Virus record (IMG/VR): IMGVR_UViG_3300035660_000002
Coordinates: 69,463-133,462 of that record
Length of the DNA: 64,000 bases
From: a virus
Direction: 5' to 3' (one strand)
Made by a program: the position numbers and the translations under genes. Below are positions 15,501-24,670 of the stretch, piece after piece. Below the pieces are notes generated by a model. The model was not told the origin of the DNA, made no database searches, and saw nothing but the letters and a program-made list of their open reading frames with translations. The first letter of the stretch is position 1, and each line of letters opens with the position of its first letter.

Positions 15501-18248
15501 ATAATAACCGTAAAGGCTTCCTACTGTGGTAATCACTGATGATGCACCCACATCTGCTCTATATACATATGCATTAGTTACTGCCACAGGGTTCCCAGTA
15601 GCATTAATGGTGCAACTAATCCCTTGTAACGCATTATAAGTCATGTTGTTCGTGAGAGCATTTGCTGTCACGTTCAGCCCAGTCACGAATCCAAACGTGG
15701 ATAACACAGGAGCTGCTGCACCAGCAGATTGGGCGAAGATGTACGCACCAGTTAACGTATTCGTGGTATTTCCAGCATACCCTGCACCTGTCATCGATTC
15801 ACCAACATACAAACCACGAGCAGTTACACCAGGAACTGCATGTACGGTAAAAGTATCCTCAAGACGCACATAATCTATAAAGGTGGTTCCCATAACTCTT
15901 GCATTGTTAGAAGCTGAAAGCCGATAAGCTGATGCTGCGGTGGTGCCTATGGAGAGTTTCGTATCGTCCCATGTTAGATTAGCACTGGCTCCAAACACTC
16001 CAGAATCATTGAATATGACTTGACTATTCGCCCCAGGAGCTTCGATGGATGGGGAGTGAATCTCATCGACATAAATATTCGCCCACCTTAATGCAGGACT
16101 ACCAAGATCGTATAAGTCATCTTGATCGGGTCCGACAGACCCATCAACCTGAAGCTTGAATGAGGCTGGATCTGGTACACCGATACCGACATTAACCGCA
16201 TCTGCCCCTGTACCGCCAAGAACCATCGAGTTGTTCGCACTGACTACCGCATTAAGTCCTATAGCTGTGGCATAAGTTAACCCTGCGACACCAGTACCAG
16301 ATCCTGTACCAATGAAGATGCTGTTATTCCCAGTGTGTCCTGCCCCCGCACTAGATCCGAGTGCGACGTTATTTACACCTATGACAAGATTCGGTAAGGA
16401 CACAATTCCTATAGCAGTATTATTTGACCCAGTTGTGACGGAACTCATCGTTGTATTCCCTACACCAATGTTATTAGAACCTGTGCTATCAGCAGCTAGC
16501 GTTCCTTTACCTACTGCAATGTTACTGTCACCTGAAGTTAGCCCAGCCAATGTAGACTCACCATAACCATAGTTATCCACACCCGATGTAGAGAAGTTGC
16601 CCGCTGTCTTCCCCCAGAACAGGTTCCTTCCAGGAGTTGAGCTAAAGTTGTGATAGACGGTAACTCCAGCCTGAAGTATCTGTCCTCCAACCCCTCCAGC
16701 CGTATCAGGAAAATTCCACTGATTGGCATAGGCATTCTGAAAGTACGCACCTACATTACCAAGATTCGCAACATCTGTAACAGCTGGTATAATCGATCCA
16801 TTATTCGTCAATCCCACTGCTGGAAGCCAGTCCTCCAACTCAGTGTGTTCTGCATTGGTGAAGTGATAATACTCAGCTGGAGCCCCACCCTGTAAACCGC
16901 CAAGTGCATTATGGCTAAATAACGATGCGAAGATTACCCAGTCCGTTCCGTTGTGGACATAGGCAGAGCCTAGATTATCAACATATGCTGCGAATCCTGC
17001 AGAGACAACAGTCACGTCCCAAGTTGCACCATTATATTGATAGATATTGTCTTTCACCCAACCAGTTCCAGCAACAGAACAGATGTAACGATCATCCAGA
17101 ACGGGTCCTACAGGAAGTCCGGCTGATGCATCCCAGAAATCGATAACCGATTCCTGCCACGAGAGTCCCGCTACGAAGTTGTCTACATACACCTTGTTCG
17201 TCACATCGAAATCTGTCCCAGGAGTAGCAGTTAATACTATTCTGTTACCATTCATATCCAAAACACCACTGATACGGACTTTCTTATCGATACGGAGTTC
17301 GTTCGCACCCGTATCATAAAGAAGTGTAACTTCATCTCCAGAATCTCCAAGATGAATAGATGAACCCGTGACATAGATATTCGCCCATCTCACAGTGTCC
17401 GATCCAAGAGTATATGTATCACCTGCTCCAGGTATGATATCGTGCGTTGTCAACGTATCTGTCGTCTTATCCCATAATAGATTAGCTGCACCTGCCGTCA
17501 CACCACCATCATTGAAGAGCACATTCGTATCTGCTCCAGGTGCTACTGCTCCAGAAGGTGCCCATGACATCACTCCGCCTGTAGTACAGGAAAGTGTGTA
17601 CCCATCTACAGCTGGGTAATCTCCTGGAAGGAAATAAATGAGCGTGGTAGCGAGTCCTGGTGATAAGAATCCCTGATAGTTACCGAATCCTCCTCCTAAC
17701 TCTGCGACAATAAGTCCCCGACACCCTGCTATGCCTGAATTTGTTACGAGGAATTTCGGGTCTCCACCGACGGTGAGAGTGAGCAAAGTATTAAACACTC
17801 CAGGAGCAGAGGTCTCTGTCACATTGAGAACAATGCCACTGTAGTTCCCCGCTGCTTTATTAACATCGGCGTCTATCGTCAGGATATTCTCATCCCCTAA
17901 AGCTGCATTCATCGTTCTGTTGTAAAGGAAGTTGTCATTACCCTCGATGGTTTGTGCCCCAGTAAAATACGCCATCTGCGTATCTGCGCCTGTACCAGTG
18001 ATTGTTGTAGAGCCAGCACCGATAGGTTGCCAAAGTCCAGTAGCTTCATTGTACACGTACACAATATGTGTATCCAACACCACGCGAACTGAACCGTCTG
18101 ACGTCAATGGCTCTAAGTCTGCCGCTGTATCTCTAGGCGCTTTCCATCGAGGAGACGCACCTCCGCCATCCGGCTGCGCTATCACATTTGGAATGTTCCA
18201 TAGAAGCATTGATCCTATCAAAAAATAAGCGAGTATTTTTCTAGTCAT
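12588..18248 (-). CDS. Giant tail-fibre/adhesin-like protein with signal peptide, about 1886 aa
   Basis: Signal MTRKILAYFLIGSMLLWNIPNVIA; DUF2793-like block; two blocks of YadA-head-like N(V/I)A(I/V)G..(A/S)L repeats; four Y.LG....RW...Y motifs; C-term DWNEGNV...YMLILKQ...VTWP..VLWSGGTAPTLT...VDII.F.YDG, common in phage fibres. Confidence 0.75.
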   Translation of the reverse strand: MTRKILAYFLIGSMLLWNIPNVIAQPDGGGASPRWKAPRDTAADLEPLTSDGSVRVVLDTHIVYVYNEATGLWQPIGAGSTTITGTGADTQMAYFTGAQTIEGNDNFLYNRTMNAALGDENILTIDADVNKAAGNYSGIVLNVTETSAPGVFNTLLTLTVGGDPKFLVTNSGIAGCRGLIVAELGGGFGNYQGFLSPGLATTLIYFLPGDYPAVDGYTLSCTTGGVMSWAPSGAVAPGADTNVLFNDGGVTAGAANLLWDKTTDTLTTHDIIPGAGDTYTLGSDTVRWANIYVTGSSIHLGDSGDEVTLLYDTGANELRIDKKVRISGVLDMNGNRIVLTATPGTDFDVTNKVYVDNFVAGLSWQESVIDFWDASAGLPVGPVLDDRYICSVAGTGWVKDNIYQYNGATWDVTVVSAGFAAYVDNLGSAYVHNGTDWVIFASLFSHNALGGLQGGAPAEYYHFTNAEHTELEDWLPAVGLTNNGSIIPAVTDVANLGNVGAYFQNAYANQWNFPDTAGGVGGQILQAGVTVYHNFSSTPGRNLFWGKTAGNFSTSGVDNYGYGESTLAGLTSGDSNIAVGKGTLAADSTGSNNIGVGNTTMSSVTTGSNNTAIGIVSLPNLVIGVNNVALGSSAGAGHTGNNSIFIGTGSGTGVAGLTYATAIGLNAVVSANNSMVLGGTGADAVNVGIGVPDPASFKLQVDGSVGPDQDDLYDLGSPALRWANIYVDEIHSPSIEAPGANSQVIFNDSGVFGASANLTWDDTKLSIGTTAASAYRLSASNNARVMGTTFIDYVRLEDTFTVHAVPGVTARGLYVGESMTGAGYAGNTTNTLTGAYIFAQSAGAAAPVLSTFGFVTGLNVTANALTNNMTYNALQGISCTINATGNPVAVTNAYVYRADVGASSVITTVGSLYGYYVDLASANMVVTNKYGLYIKGVSGAASNYSIYSEGGTNRFFGNIVLDKDATGSPELQLWNVSNRYAYMNYSDSDVLATYSGSNTSGVYAGLAIYGSGADTAQFGLLGTSTVAGLKTTITGVYVGAGLAIGDFTILGSYNNVSSQAVGLKSQSPTSGNGGNVFLTAANGTVAGNGGNVILTAGLGAGAGTAGDVRFYASGDTSDYISLKTVADVPQITTVGSCNLTLAPSSAIIDATASINPTTTATYDLGTDLLRWNNLYLSGASLHLGTSGTDGVFTYDVVNNEVDVAPSIHAGLNSRFGTDDNYWKVETATIVGETYPMIAPYSTSPTWGNVGVFKDYFVIVDVDPLLPPTLAFTDDGTNMGSISYVPSTRIMSFSADSSEFQNNLAVSSGNSDLDEELTLVNTPFLGATAPDGGVRIRIIGARAQGFLGHLDVDMGVIDTIMVDNTQLNNYSNMVFSTLYHDITSERFRITHSGISVTGISYFAGDAFPKTDNTYSLGSGSFRWSNSYVVNQQISNQLTIQPTSGNEAAYGSDLVTNGTFDTDSGWTKGTGWSIPGGAGANHAAGSSSSLSQTLAISTSTYYRISFDVTTTTPGTLTARLGGADSVTLGEENGTITGQIVVVGPTISTVDLQFSASAAWVGSIDNVTCREITLSAALMLLKDPTSITVNEFRANNAGRNNLLIGTNAGACNSLASNNLALGNTALFSLQTGPQNIAIGNATLTNLTVGQYNVAVGYSAMESAVSSSDNVAIGRYALRASKVANRNIAIGEVSLYSNTVGDDNVAIGYQAGYVLTTGDQNIMVGTQAGISTTTGSNNILIGYGIVASSATASNELNIGGAVKGDLSTGDVNLTRNLDVQGQYVSPKKTDTVAVSTWTTDWNEGNVHYVQLGNGAHSAPTFNNPKDGGRYMLILKQPAAGAAGTVTWPATVLWSGGTAPTLTLTNGKVDIIMFVYDGTNSKYYGGFSLAY

Positions 18249-18268
18249 GGCTTGTTCCTCCATTAGAA

Positions 18269-18715
18269 TTAGAGTTTGTAAATATTTACATAGATCGTCC
18301 CAATAATCACGCAGTGTATATCTATGGATTCTACCACCCGCGATACGTATTTTCTACCCCAGTTCTGCCCTTCTGTGATAAGAATTGGAGGCGTCACAGC
18401 TACTGACGAAGGGTACACCATAACCATAGGGCCGTTCATCCTAATCTGAAATTCTCCAGATTCTACATAGAACGTGATGAAGTACCCCTTCGTATCGCTT
18501 GCGCCAACAGATATTGTAGAAAGATTGGCTCCTGCCTTAGCACTGTACTTTTGTGCCAGTATGACTGGGTTGAAGTTCGGCAGGTTGCTTATCCAAGATA
18601 GCCCTGCCGGTAACGTTCCCTCTATATAGCTGCTGACCTCGATAGTACTTCTTGCCGGGAATCTTATTGAGCCGACAGTGATATCGGCATTGGTTGAGTT
18701 TCTATAAGTTGGCAT
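18269..18715 (-). CDS. Putative virion structural protein, 148 aa
   Basis: Beta-rich; MPTYRN start; RBS AAGGAGG. Confidence 0.55.
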   Translation of the reverse strand: MPTYRNSTNADITVGSIRFPARSTIEVSSYIEGTLPAGLSWISNLPNFNPVILAQKYSAKAGANLSTISVGASDTKGYFITFYVESGEFQIRMNGPMVMVYPSSVAVTPPILITEGQNWGRKYVSRVVESIDIHCVIIGTIYVNIYKL

Positions 18716-18729
18716 ATTCTGTTCCTCCT

Positions 18730-19011
18730 TTAGGTCTTGTTTTTCAATTCACCAGTAACCATCATCAAATAAAGTATATCTTGTTGAGCCTTTGCGGCTC
18801 TATCGGTAAGCGTTCCTATCTTTCCCTGCAAATACGCAATTTTGTCTGTGCTCTCGTCTACTACCTTTTCTATCATATCAATTCCACTTTTGATCTTCGA
18901 TATGCCTTTTTCTATTTCAGCAATATGCTTCTCGATCCTGTCTATTCTTTGATTGATACGCCGTACCATTTCCAGCTCGACCAGCATCAATACGATGAGT
19001 ATGATCAACAT
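18730..19011 (-). CDS. Membrane-anchored coiled-coil protein, 93 aa
   Basis: Hydrophobic N-terminus followed by heptad repeats. Confidence 0.55.
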   Translation of the reverse strand: MLIILIVLMLVELEMVRRINQRIDRIEKHIAEIEKGISKIKSGIDMIEKVVDESTDKIAYLQGKIGTLTDRAAKAQQDILYLMMVTGELKNKT

Positions 19012-19166
19012 TTTTTACACGTTCCCGATGCATCGACCATGTCTCTCATCGGGCAGTCTGCTGTCGCTTTCAGAGTGAACTGGCCTCTTATAGCACATTT
19101 ACCTCTCTTCTTACAGAAGTTCTGCCAGTCGCACACTGTTGTGTCTACTTTCGCTTCGCACGCCAT
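19005..19166 (-). CDS. 53-aa Cys-rich protein (not in ORF track)
   Basis: Manual translation MACEAKVDTTVCDWQNFCKKRGKCAIRGQFTLKATADCPMRDMVDASGTCKKC (7 Cys); RBS GGAGGTG. Confidence 0.6.
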   Translation of the reverse strand: MACEAKVDTTVCDWQNFCKKRGKCAIRGQFTLKATADCPMRDMVDASGTCKKC

Positions 19167-19188
19167 ACGCACCTCCCTTGGTCATAGG

Positions 19189-20106
19189 CTATGCATTACT
19201 AATAGAATACTCTACTCTGTGTTCCTCGTTCATCACTATGTCAAGAACATCGTTCAATACTCGTTTATCATGTTCTTTGCCTTCCCAGAACATTCCCACA
19301 TGAAGCACATTCGGATCATGCCACATTCCAGACAGCTTCCTGCCCGGTGGCTTCGGAAACGGTGGATAGTACACAACAGTCGGGACATACAGCACGTTCG
19401 CTATTGCCATCAGGCCACTGCATGCGCCAAAGTAGCACTGTGACTGCTGAATCAGCGCCAGCACTTCCACAAGCTCTGGGGTCTTGCCCACAAGGTTAAT
19501 TGCCGGCAATCCTTGCTCTATCATTCCGTTGCATATATCCGTGGTGTAGTCATCGTATGATCCTCCTATAAATATCGGCATCCATCCAGTCTTCTTCTGC
19601 ACAAACTTCACGATGTCGATGGAATCTTCTATCTCATAGTACCCCCACTCTTTCTTTGTGCCGTAGGATGAGAAATTCACGATAAAGCAGTCGTTCTTAA
19701 TGCATTTGTCCAGCACACCATTTATTCGATAGTGGAAGTCTACGTTCGGGATCTCGCTATGCATCCATGTTTCCAAACGAATCCCTGCCTCCAACAAGGA
19801 GTTGCACTCTATAAACTTCATCTCTGTATCGTTCAGCTCACTGTATGATTTGACATTCACTACATCAGCAAACCCATTTCTAGGAAACGCCTCAAGTATG
19901 TTTTTGTCGTTCCATCTGGTCGCATACCTCGGATCGGCTCTGAATCCCACAACCTTATCCTTAGGTAGTAGCTTCAGAAACGCCTGCATACGATCAGGGT
20001 TTCCTCCTGCATAGTTGATGTCGAACTGATCTCCTGTCGTTATGACCTTTGACCACAGCCATGAGAAATCACCAATCCCGGACGCAACCAATATCTTTTT
20101 TATCAT
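19189..20106 (-). CDS. Glycosyltransferase family 9 (heptosyltransferase-like)
   Basis: SGIGD N-terminal motif; INLVGKT..LVEVLALIQQSQCYFGACSGLMAIANVLYVPTV. Confidence 0.8.
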   Translation of the reverse strand: MIKKILVASGIGDFSWLWSKVITTGDQFDINYAGGNPDRMQAFLKLLPKDKVVGFRADPRYATRWNDKNILEAFPRNGFADVVNVKSYSELNDTEMKFIECNSLLEAGIRLETWMHSEIPNVDFHYRINGVLDKCIKNDCFIVNFSSYGTKKEWGYYEIEDSIDIVKFVQKKTGWMPIFIGGSYDDYTTDICNGMIEQGLPAINLVGKTPELVEVLALIQQSQCYFGACSGLMAIANVLYVPTVVYYPPFPKPPGRKLSGMWHDPNVLHVGMFWEGKEHDKRVLNDVLDIVMNEEHRVEYSISNA

Positions 20107-20600
20107 ATGCTCACTTCCTTTTTTAGTATTGCCACGCAGTCCTGTCCCTTCCAAAATATATTAATCTCTTTAAGCTTCTTGGTTCTCTTCACAAACAGGA
20201 ACCTCATTCCGTCCGGGTAGAACCTCCAGCAGTCCACCGGGAACTTATGCTCACACCAAGCACATGGCGCTATGATGCACATGATGCCCCCCAGCTTGAG
20301 TATACGTGTGGCTTCGTCTGCCCATGCATAAATGTCCTCTACATGTTCTAAGACTTGCCCGGACACTACTACATCGTACACTTCGTCAGCTATAGGATAG
20401 TGATACATATCCTTGGTGACGATATCCACATTCTTGCCTACAGATGTATCCAACCCCTCATATATCCATAGAGGTTTGTCAAACAGCTTTCGGTACGATC
20501 CTCCCATATCCATCGCACCTATGTCTAGTATCCTTAGGTACTTTTCTGGATTTAGAGTGGCTACAAATTCAGTCATTCGTTCAATGGACGTCTGATGCAT
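20103..20600 (-). CDS. Class I SAM-dependent methyltransferase (Methyltransf_11-like)
   Basis: ILDIGA motif I; YDVVVSGQVLEHV; LKLGGIMCIIAP; FPVDCWRFYPDGM. Confidence 0.85.
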   Translation of the reverse strand: MHQTSIERMTEFVATLNPEKYLRILDIGAMDMGGSYRKLFDKPLWIYEGLDTSVGKNVDIVTKDMYHYPIADEVYDVVVSGQVLEHVEDIYAWADEATRILKLGGIMCIIAPCAWCEHKFPVDCWRFYPDGMRFLFVKRTKKLKEINIFWKGQDCVAILKKEVSI

Positions 20601-21153
20601 TCTTCCTCCTGAACACGGTGATACCCATCTTATAGGGCTTGCCGAATGAGGTGACCTCTGCTATCCTCTCCTCCAGTAATACAATCTCGGCTATGGCCTT
20701 CTTGACGTAAGCGTTACCGTATGTATCATGAAAAGCGATAATGCCGCCGGGTCGTACAAACGGTGCATAGTTGTTATAATCTGCCTTCACATACTCGTAG
20801 AGGTGGTTACCATCGATGAACAGAAAATCAACCTGCCGTCCAGCAAGAGCTGTTCTAACTTGCTCGATAGTGCCCTTAGCTGTAGAGTCAGCTATTACCT
20901 TAATGAATGTCTGTGTTGGTTTATATACCTTACGGTCACGTACCCTGTCCTCTATGTCTACACCTACTAGCAGAGCTGTCTCTTCAGCGAACTTAGACCA
21001 TATGTTCATTGTCCCACCGCCAAACATTCCTATCTCCAAAATAGTGCTTATGTTAAGCTTAGACAATATCTCACACAGACCCGCTACCTCATCAGGATCC
21101 TGCGTGGGATGGTTCTCTTTCATTGCCGTCACTACAATGTCTCGTATAATCAC
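20581..21153 (-). CDS. Class I SAM-dependent methyltransferase (Methyltransf_24-like)
   Basis: ILEIGMFGGGT; VDFLFIDGNHLYEYVKADY...VRPGGIIAFHD. Confidence 0.85.
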   Translation of the reverse strand: MIIRDIVVTAMKENHPTQDPDEVAGLCEILSKLNISTILEIGMFGGGTMNIWSKFAEETALLVGVDIEDRVRDRKVYKPTQTFIKVIADSTAKGTIEQVRTALAGRQVDFLFIDGNHLYEYVKADYNNYAPFVRPGGIIAFHDTYGNAYVKKAIAEIVLLEERIAEVTSFGKPYKMGITVFRRKNASDVH

Positions 21154-21154
21154 T

Positions 21155-22141
21155 TCACACTCCTAAAGTTTCTACATCATTATGAATGAACCAGTCACCC
21201 TTCATCTTCTCGTACAGCTCTGCCCCCACCTTCCAATCTTTGATCTTATCGGCCATAGGCTTGTTTCGCAACGCACATTTGTCTATGGTAATGCCATTCT
21301 TACGCGCCTCGCTCATTGCCATGTATAATAATGGAGAGGTGACGGCCTTGGCATATCCCCAGCTTTTTACCCACGCTTCACTGTTTCCAAATGTTCCGTG
21401 CATAATTTTGTCGCGTGGGTTCTTTGACACAGCCAAGGAGCGTTGTACTGCATTGGCCGCTTTTCCTCCGTAGTGCATTATCGAGGGGCCGGGAGCCGTA
21501 AATATGTTGTACCGTGAGAACATCCAACATCGAAACGATATGTCCTCATCCCACACCCACGTGTTCTGACTGAATCCACCCACCTCTTCCCACATCTTGC
21601 GGCGCATGATGAATCCCGATCCGTGAACATTGATGTAGAGATTTTCTGGTTTCTCCCACGATGGGTTGTCTTCAAAGTTGTCTACAAAACCTCCCTGCAA
21701 TATCTCTTTCTTATCCTTGATCCTTCCCTGTCTGACAAGTGTAAGTGCCTCCCACCACGACACTCCAATTAGGCCGGCACTTGACACATCATACCTATTA
21801 ATGATCCTATCTATCCAAGAAGCAGGAGCTCCCTTCTTAACTAATATATCATCACCGAGAAGTATTATCCAATCCTCTTTGCTGTTCATGACAGCATATT
21901 GAGCTGCGCCTTGACAACATCCCCAGATAGGAGTTCTGTAATATTCCACATCATACTTGACACATACGGCTTTGTACTGGGCACTAACCTCGTCGGCTTT
22001 CATTGGATCCAGGCACTTGTCTTCAAACAACCTGACAGGCACGTTCTCGGGTACCCCTGCTTTACGAAGTGAACCCAACATGTATTCCATAAACTCCGGA
22101 ATACCGTAGGTGATCACATTGATAGATATTGACGGCTTCAT
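21155..22141 (-). CDS. Glycosyltransferase family 2
   Basis: ISINVITY; WIILLGDD (DxD-like); HGSGFIMRRKMWEEVGGF...WDEDISFR. Confidence 0.8.
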   Translation of the reverse strand: MKPSISINVITYGIPEFMEYMLGSLRKAGVPENVPVRLFEDKCLDPMKADEVSAQYKAVCVKYDVEYYRTPIWGCCQGAAQYAVMNSKEDWIILLGDDILVKKGAPASWIDRIINRYDVSSAGLIGVSWWEALTLVRQGRIKDKKEILQGGFVDNFEDNPSWEKPENLYINVHGSGFIMRRKMWEEVGGFSQNTWVWDEDISFRCWMFSRYNIFTAPGPSIMHYGGKAANAVQRSLAVSKNPRDKIMHGTFGNSEAWVKSWGYAKAVTSPLLYMAMSEARKNGITIDKCALRNKPMADKIKDWKVGAELYEKMKGDWFIHNDVETLGV

Positions 22142-23184
22142 TTCAATACCTCAATTTGAGGTGCCAGCCACTGTCGCCAATGATTGTATGTAAGATTTCT
22201 CCATGTAAGTAGCGACTGTGATGTGCCGGACGGCTCAAGGCTGCGGTACCAATCCATCACAAACGTGGGCTCCCAATCACAGAAGGAAATGTCCAGCTTT
22301 GCTATAAATGGGATCTCGTCCGCAAGGTACTGTCGGCAGTCCGTTCCCAACAGCAAACTTGGCATGCCTGATCCTGCACACGGAAGTGCACCATGATTTC
22401 GCACTCCTATATAAACATCCTTGTCCTTATGGAAGTTGACATACGACTCCGGGGTCCTGAATCTATGCAATTCATCCTTAGGAAACAGCTCTTTGAACTT
22501 CTTATAAAATGGTGAATTGTCGTCCCTCCAACGATGGTAAGCTATAGATACTTCAGCGCCTGCTGTTCTCAACTCGTTGACTGTCCACACAGTCTTATTG
22601 TAGTACTCTTTGAAAGTTTCGTCGGAAGCGTGACTCACTTCTTCGACATCCGCTATAGCAAAAACCACTTTTTTCTTACTGGTCACTCTTTTTTGTGGAA
22701 ACATGTAGAATGCGGGACATGGCAGTACGATCGCTTTCCCTGGTGCGATCCCCGCTCTCTGATGCACCCAATAATAGCAAAGTCTGTCTCGGCATACAAC
22801 GGTGTCTACGAGACGAGCGTTCTTCAATCCGACCAAAGCTTCCCTGCCGTACCAGAAATCTCCTTCGTATGGGACAGCAAGCCCTATGCCAAGAAACGCT
22901 ACTTTCTTCTTATGTTTTATGCACATCTTCCATGCCACTCTGTGAACCTCATTGACCCACGAAGGAGTGCCAGGTGTGATTATATATCTGGCCGTTCTGA
23001 TGAGCTCCTCCAACTTCGCAGGGTCGTTCTTTGTTTGATCGTGATTGACTAAGTAATATGCAGAGTGGTGTATGTCGAACTTCGCCAGTTCCGGCAGAAG
23101 CATCCTCAGCCCCTGATGAATTACCGCATCACCGGCTTCCCATTCCCACGCGCACGATATAAAAACTACATGCTCTTTGGCCAT
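22138..23184 (-). CDS. Polysaccharide pyruvyltransferase-like protein
   Basis: AGDAVI, IGLAV, VCRDRL, PCPAF and IGVRNHGALPCAGSGMPS motifs. Confidence 0.7.
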   Translation of the reverse strand: MAKEHVVFISCAWEWEAGDAVIHQGLRMLLPELAKFDIHHSAYYLVNHDQTKNDPAKLEELIRTARYIITPGTPSWVNEVHRVAWKMCIKHKKKVAFLGIGLAVPYEGDFWYGREALVGLKNARLVDTVVCRDRLCYYWVHQRAGIAPGKAIVLPCPAFYMFPQKRVTSKKKVVFAIADVEEVSHASDETFKEYYNKTVWTVNELRTAGAEVSIAYHRWRDDNSPFYKKFKELFPKDELHRFRTPESYVNFHKDKDVYIGVRNHGALPCAGSGMPSLLLGTDCRQYLADEIPFIAKLDISFCDWEPTFVMDWYRSLEPSGTSQSLLTWRNLTYNHWRQWLAPQIEVLK

Positions 23185-23185
23185 A

Positions 23186-23914
23186 TTACCACATCACCTT
23201 TCCTATGGATCCGTACCCTTGAATGTTGAGATCGAGCACACCTTTCGCGTCCGGGCCCACACTCCACATAGCAGTAGATGTCCTAAGAATTTTTGCCAGC
23301 GTAGTCAGTCCCGACTTTTCGCATCCTACGAACAGTTTTGCCTGCTGCACTATGCTGATCAGACTGAGCAAACTGGATGTCTTGCCTATCATGTTTATGG
23401 CGTTCTTGTCTCGGGAAAATGCATCAAAACATCTCTTGGAAACCGCATCATCCTCATTTCCCACAAACACAGGCATCCATCCTGTCAATGCTGCGACTAT
23501 GGTAATCATCTTGACCCATGTGTTGCTATCCAAGCTATCTGTGGACGCTTCTGGAATGTGCACGATAAATATCGGCTGCCTTGTATAATGATTCAGCACA
23601 TCCGCCACAACGTATCTCTTATCATTCATGGAAGCCTGAGATCTCTTCTCCGGCACATCTCCTGTGCCGGGCTGTGTCTCTACAAAATACCTTCCGTTTC
23701 TGCTCTTGTCGTAACAGCACACAACCTTAAAAGATGACCGGACGAAAACCTCGAGACTGTCTGCCTCAAAATCGCACGGTGTGTCATATTCATTTACAAT
23801 CTGTGCCCCCGCCACGAGAGACAACAAATCCTGCACATTCAACGGACGTCCATCAGACCATAGCGATCCGAAGTCCTCCCCCACCTCCATTGGGATGCTA
23901 AGCTCTTTCAACAT
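23186..23914 (-). CDS. Divergent GT9-like glycosyltransferase C-terminal domain protein
   Basis: AINMIGKTSSLLSLISIVQQAKLFVGCEKSGLTTLAKIL parallels the 19189-20106 protein; N-terminal half not recognisable. Confidence 0.6.
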   Translation of the reverse strand: MLKELSIPMEVGEDFGSLWSDGRPLNVQDLLSLVAGAQIVNEYDTPCDFEADSLEVFVRSSFKVVCCYDKSRNGRYFVETQPGTGDVPEKRSQASMNDKRYVVADVLNHYTRQPIFIVHIPEASTDSLDSNTWVKMITIVAALTGWMPVFVGNEDDAVSKRCFDAFSRDKNAINMIGKTSSLLSLISIVQQAKLFVGCEKSGLTTLAKILRTSTAMWSVGPDAKGVLDLNIQGYGSIGKVMW

Positions 23915-23935
23915 GATTTTTGGTACCCTCCCGTT

Positions 23936-24655
23936 TTATACCAATGAATCCACCACATCAATCAATATATCTACTGTCTTATATATTCTGCTGGACGCGT
24001 TCGGTTGAAACTCTACTTCCACATACAGACTCTGCGCTATGGATAAATCTCCGTAGTGTCCACTTGCGGTCCTGGCCGCTGTCGCAAACAGATCTCCCAC
24101 AACCGTCTGCGTGGTGTTCGTACCATTTGCTATCGTAACATTCGAGCTGTCCCCTGTGGTCGGTGATGTTATCTTCAAAAACCCTGTAGTAGCTGCCTTT
24201 GACGCGACAACGCTGCCCACAGCTGTGTTGATGGCCGTGACCACAGTATCTATGGATACAGCCGCCGAGATGTTGATGTCATCGTATACGATGTCGTCTA
24301 TGGTCACCTTGATCTTGTCGCCTGCTATTCCTGTGAATGTCGCAACATCGCCTGTGATTATACCTGCCGTATCCGTTGAATTCAATACTGTCTTGATAAG
24401 ACCTGTGGCTGCGCTCGCAAGATCAATGTCAGTCGAAGCCTTATCCTTGCTGAATACATAAGTGGTAAGTTCCTTCAGCTTCTTCGCCCTGAGATTGAAC
24501 TGCACTGGACTGGCAAGATTCCAAGGATAAATGTGAAATATGTCCTTATAAAACTGCAGAGACAACTGGACATTGTCACCCTTCTTAATCTTCATGTACT
24601 GTAACTCTTGAGAGTCGAGCGACCCATCCTCAGGGACGATTAGTATTAGACTCAT
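23936..24655 (-). CDS. BppU-N-like baseplate/fibre adaptor with an inserted beta domain
   Basis: IKKGDNVQLSLQF...FNLRAK...ATGLIKTVLNSTDT...YVEVEF fits BppU_N; insert KIKVTID...VVTAINTAVG...LKITSPTTG. Confidence 0.5.
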   Translation of the reverse strand: MSLILIVPEDGSLDSQELQYMKIKKGDNVQLSLQFYKDIFHIYPWNLASPVQFNLRAKKLKELTTYVFSKDKASTDIDLASAATGLIKTVLNSTDTAGIITGDVATFTGIAGDKIKVTIDDIVYDDINISAAVSIDTVVTAINTAVGSVVASKAATTGFLKITSPTTGDSSNVTIANGTNTTQTVVGDLFATAARTASGHYGDLSIAQSLYVEVEFQPNASSRIYKTVDILIDVVDSLV

Positions 24656-24670
24656 GGTTCCTCCTTAACT

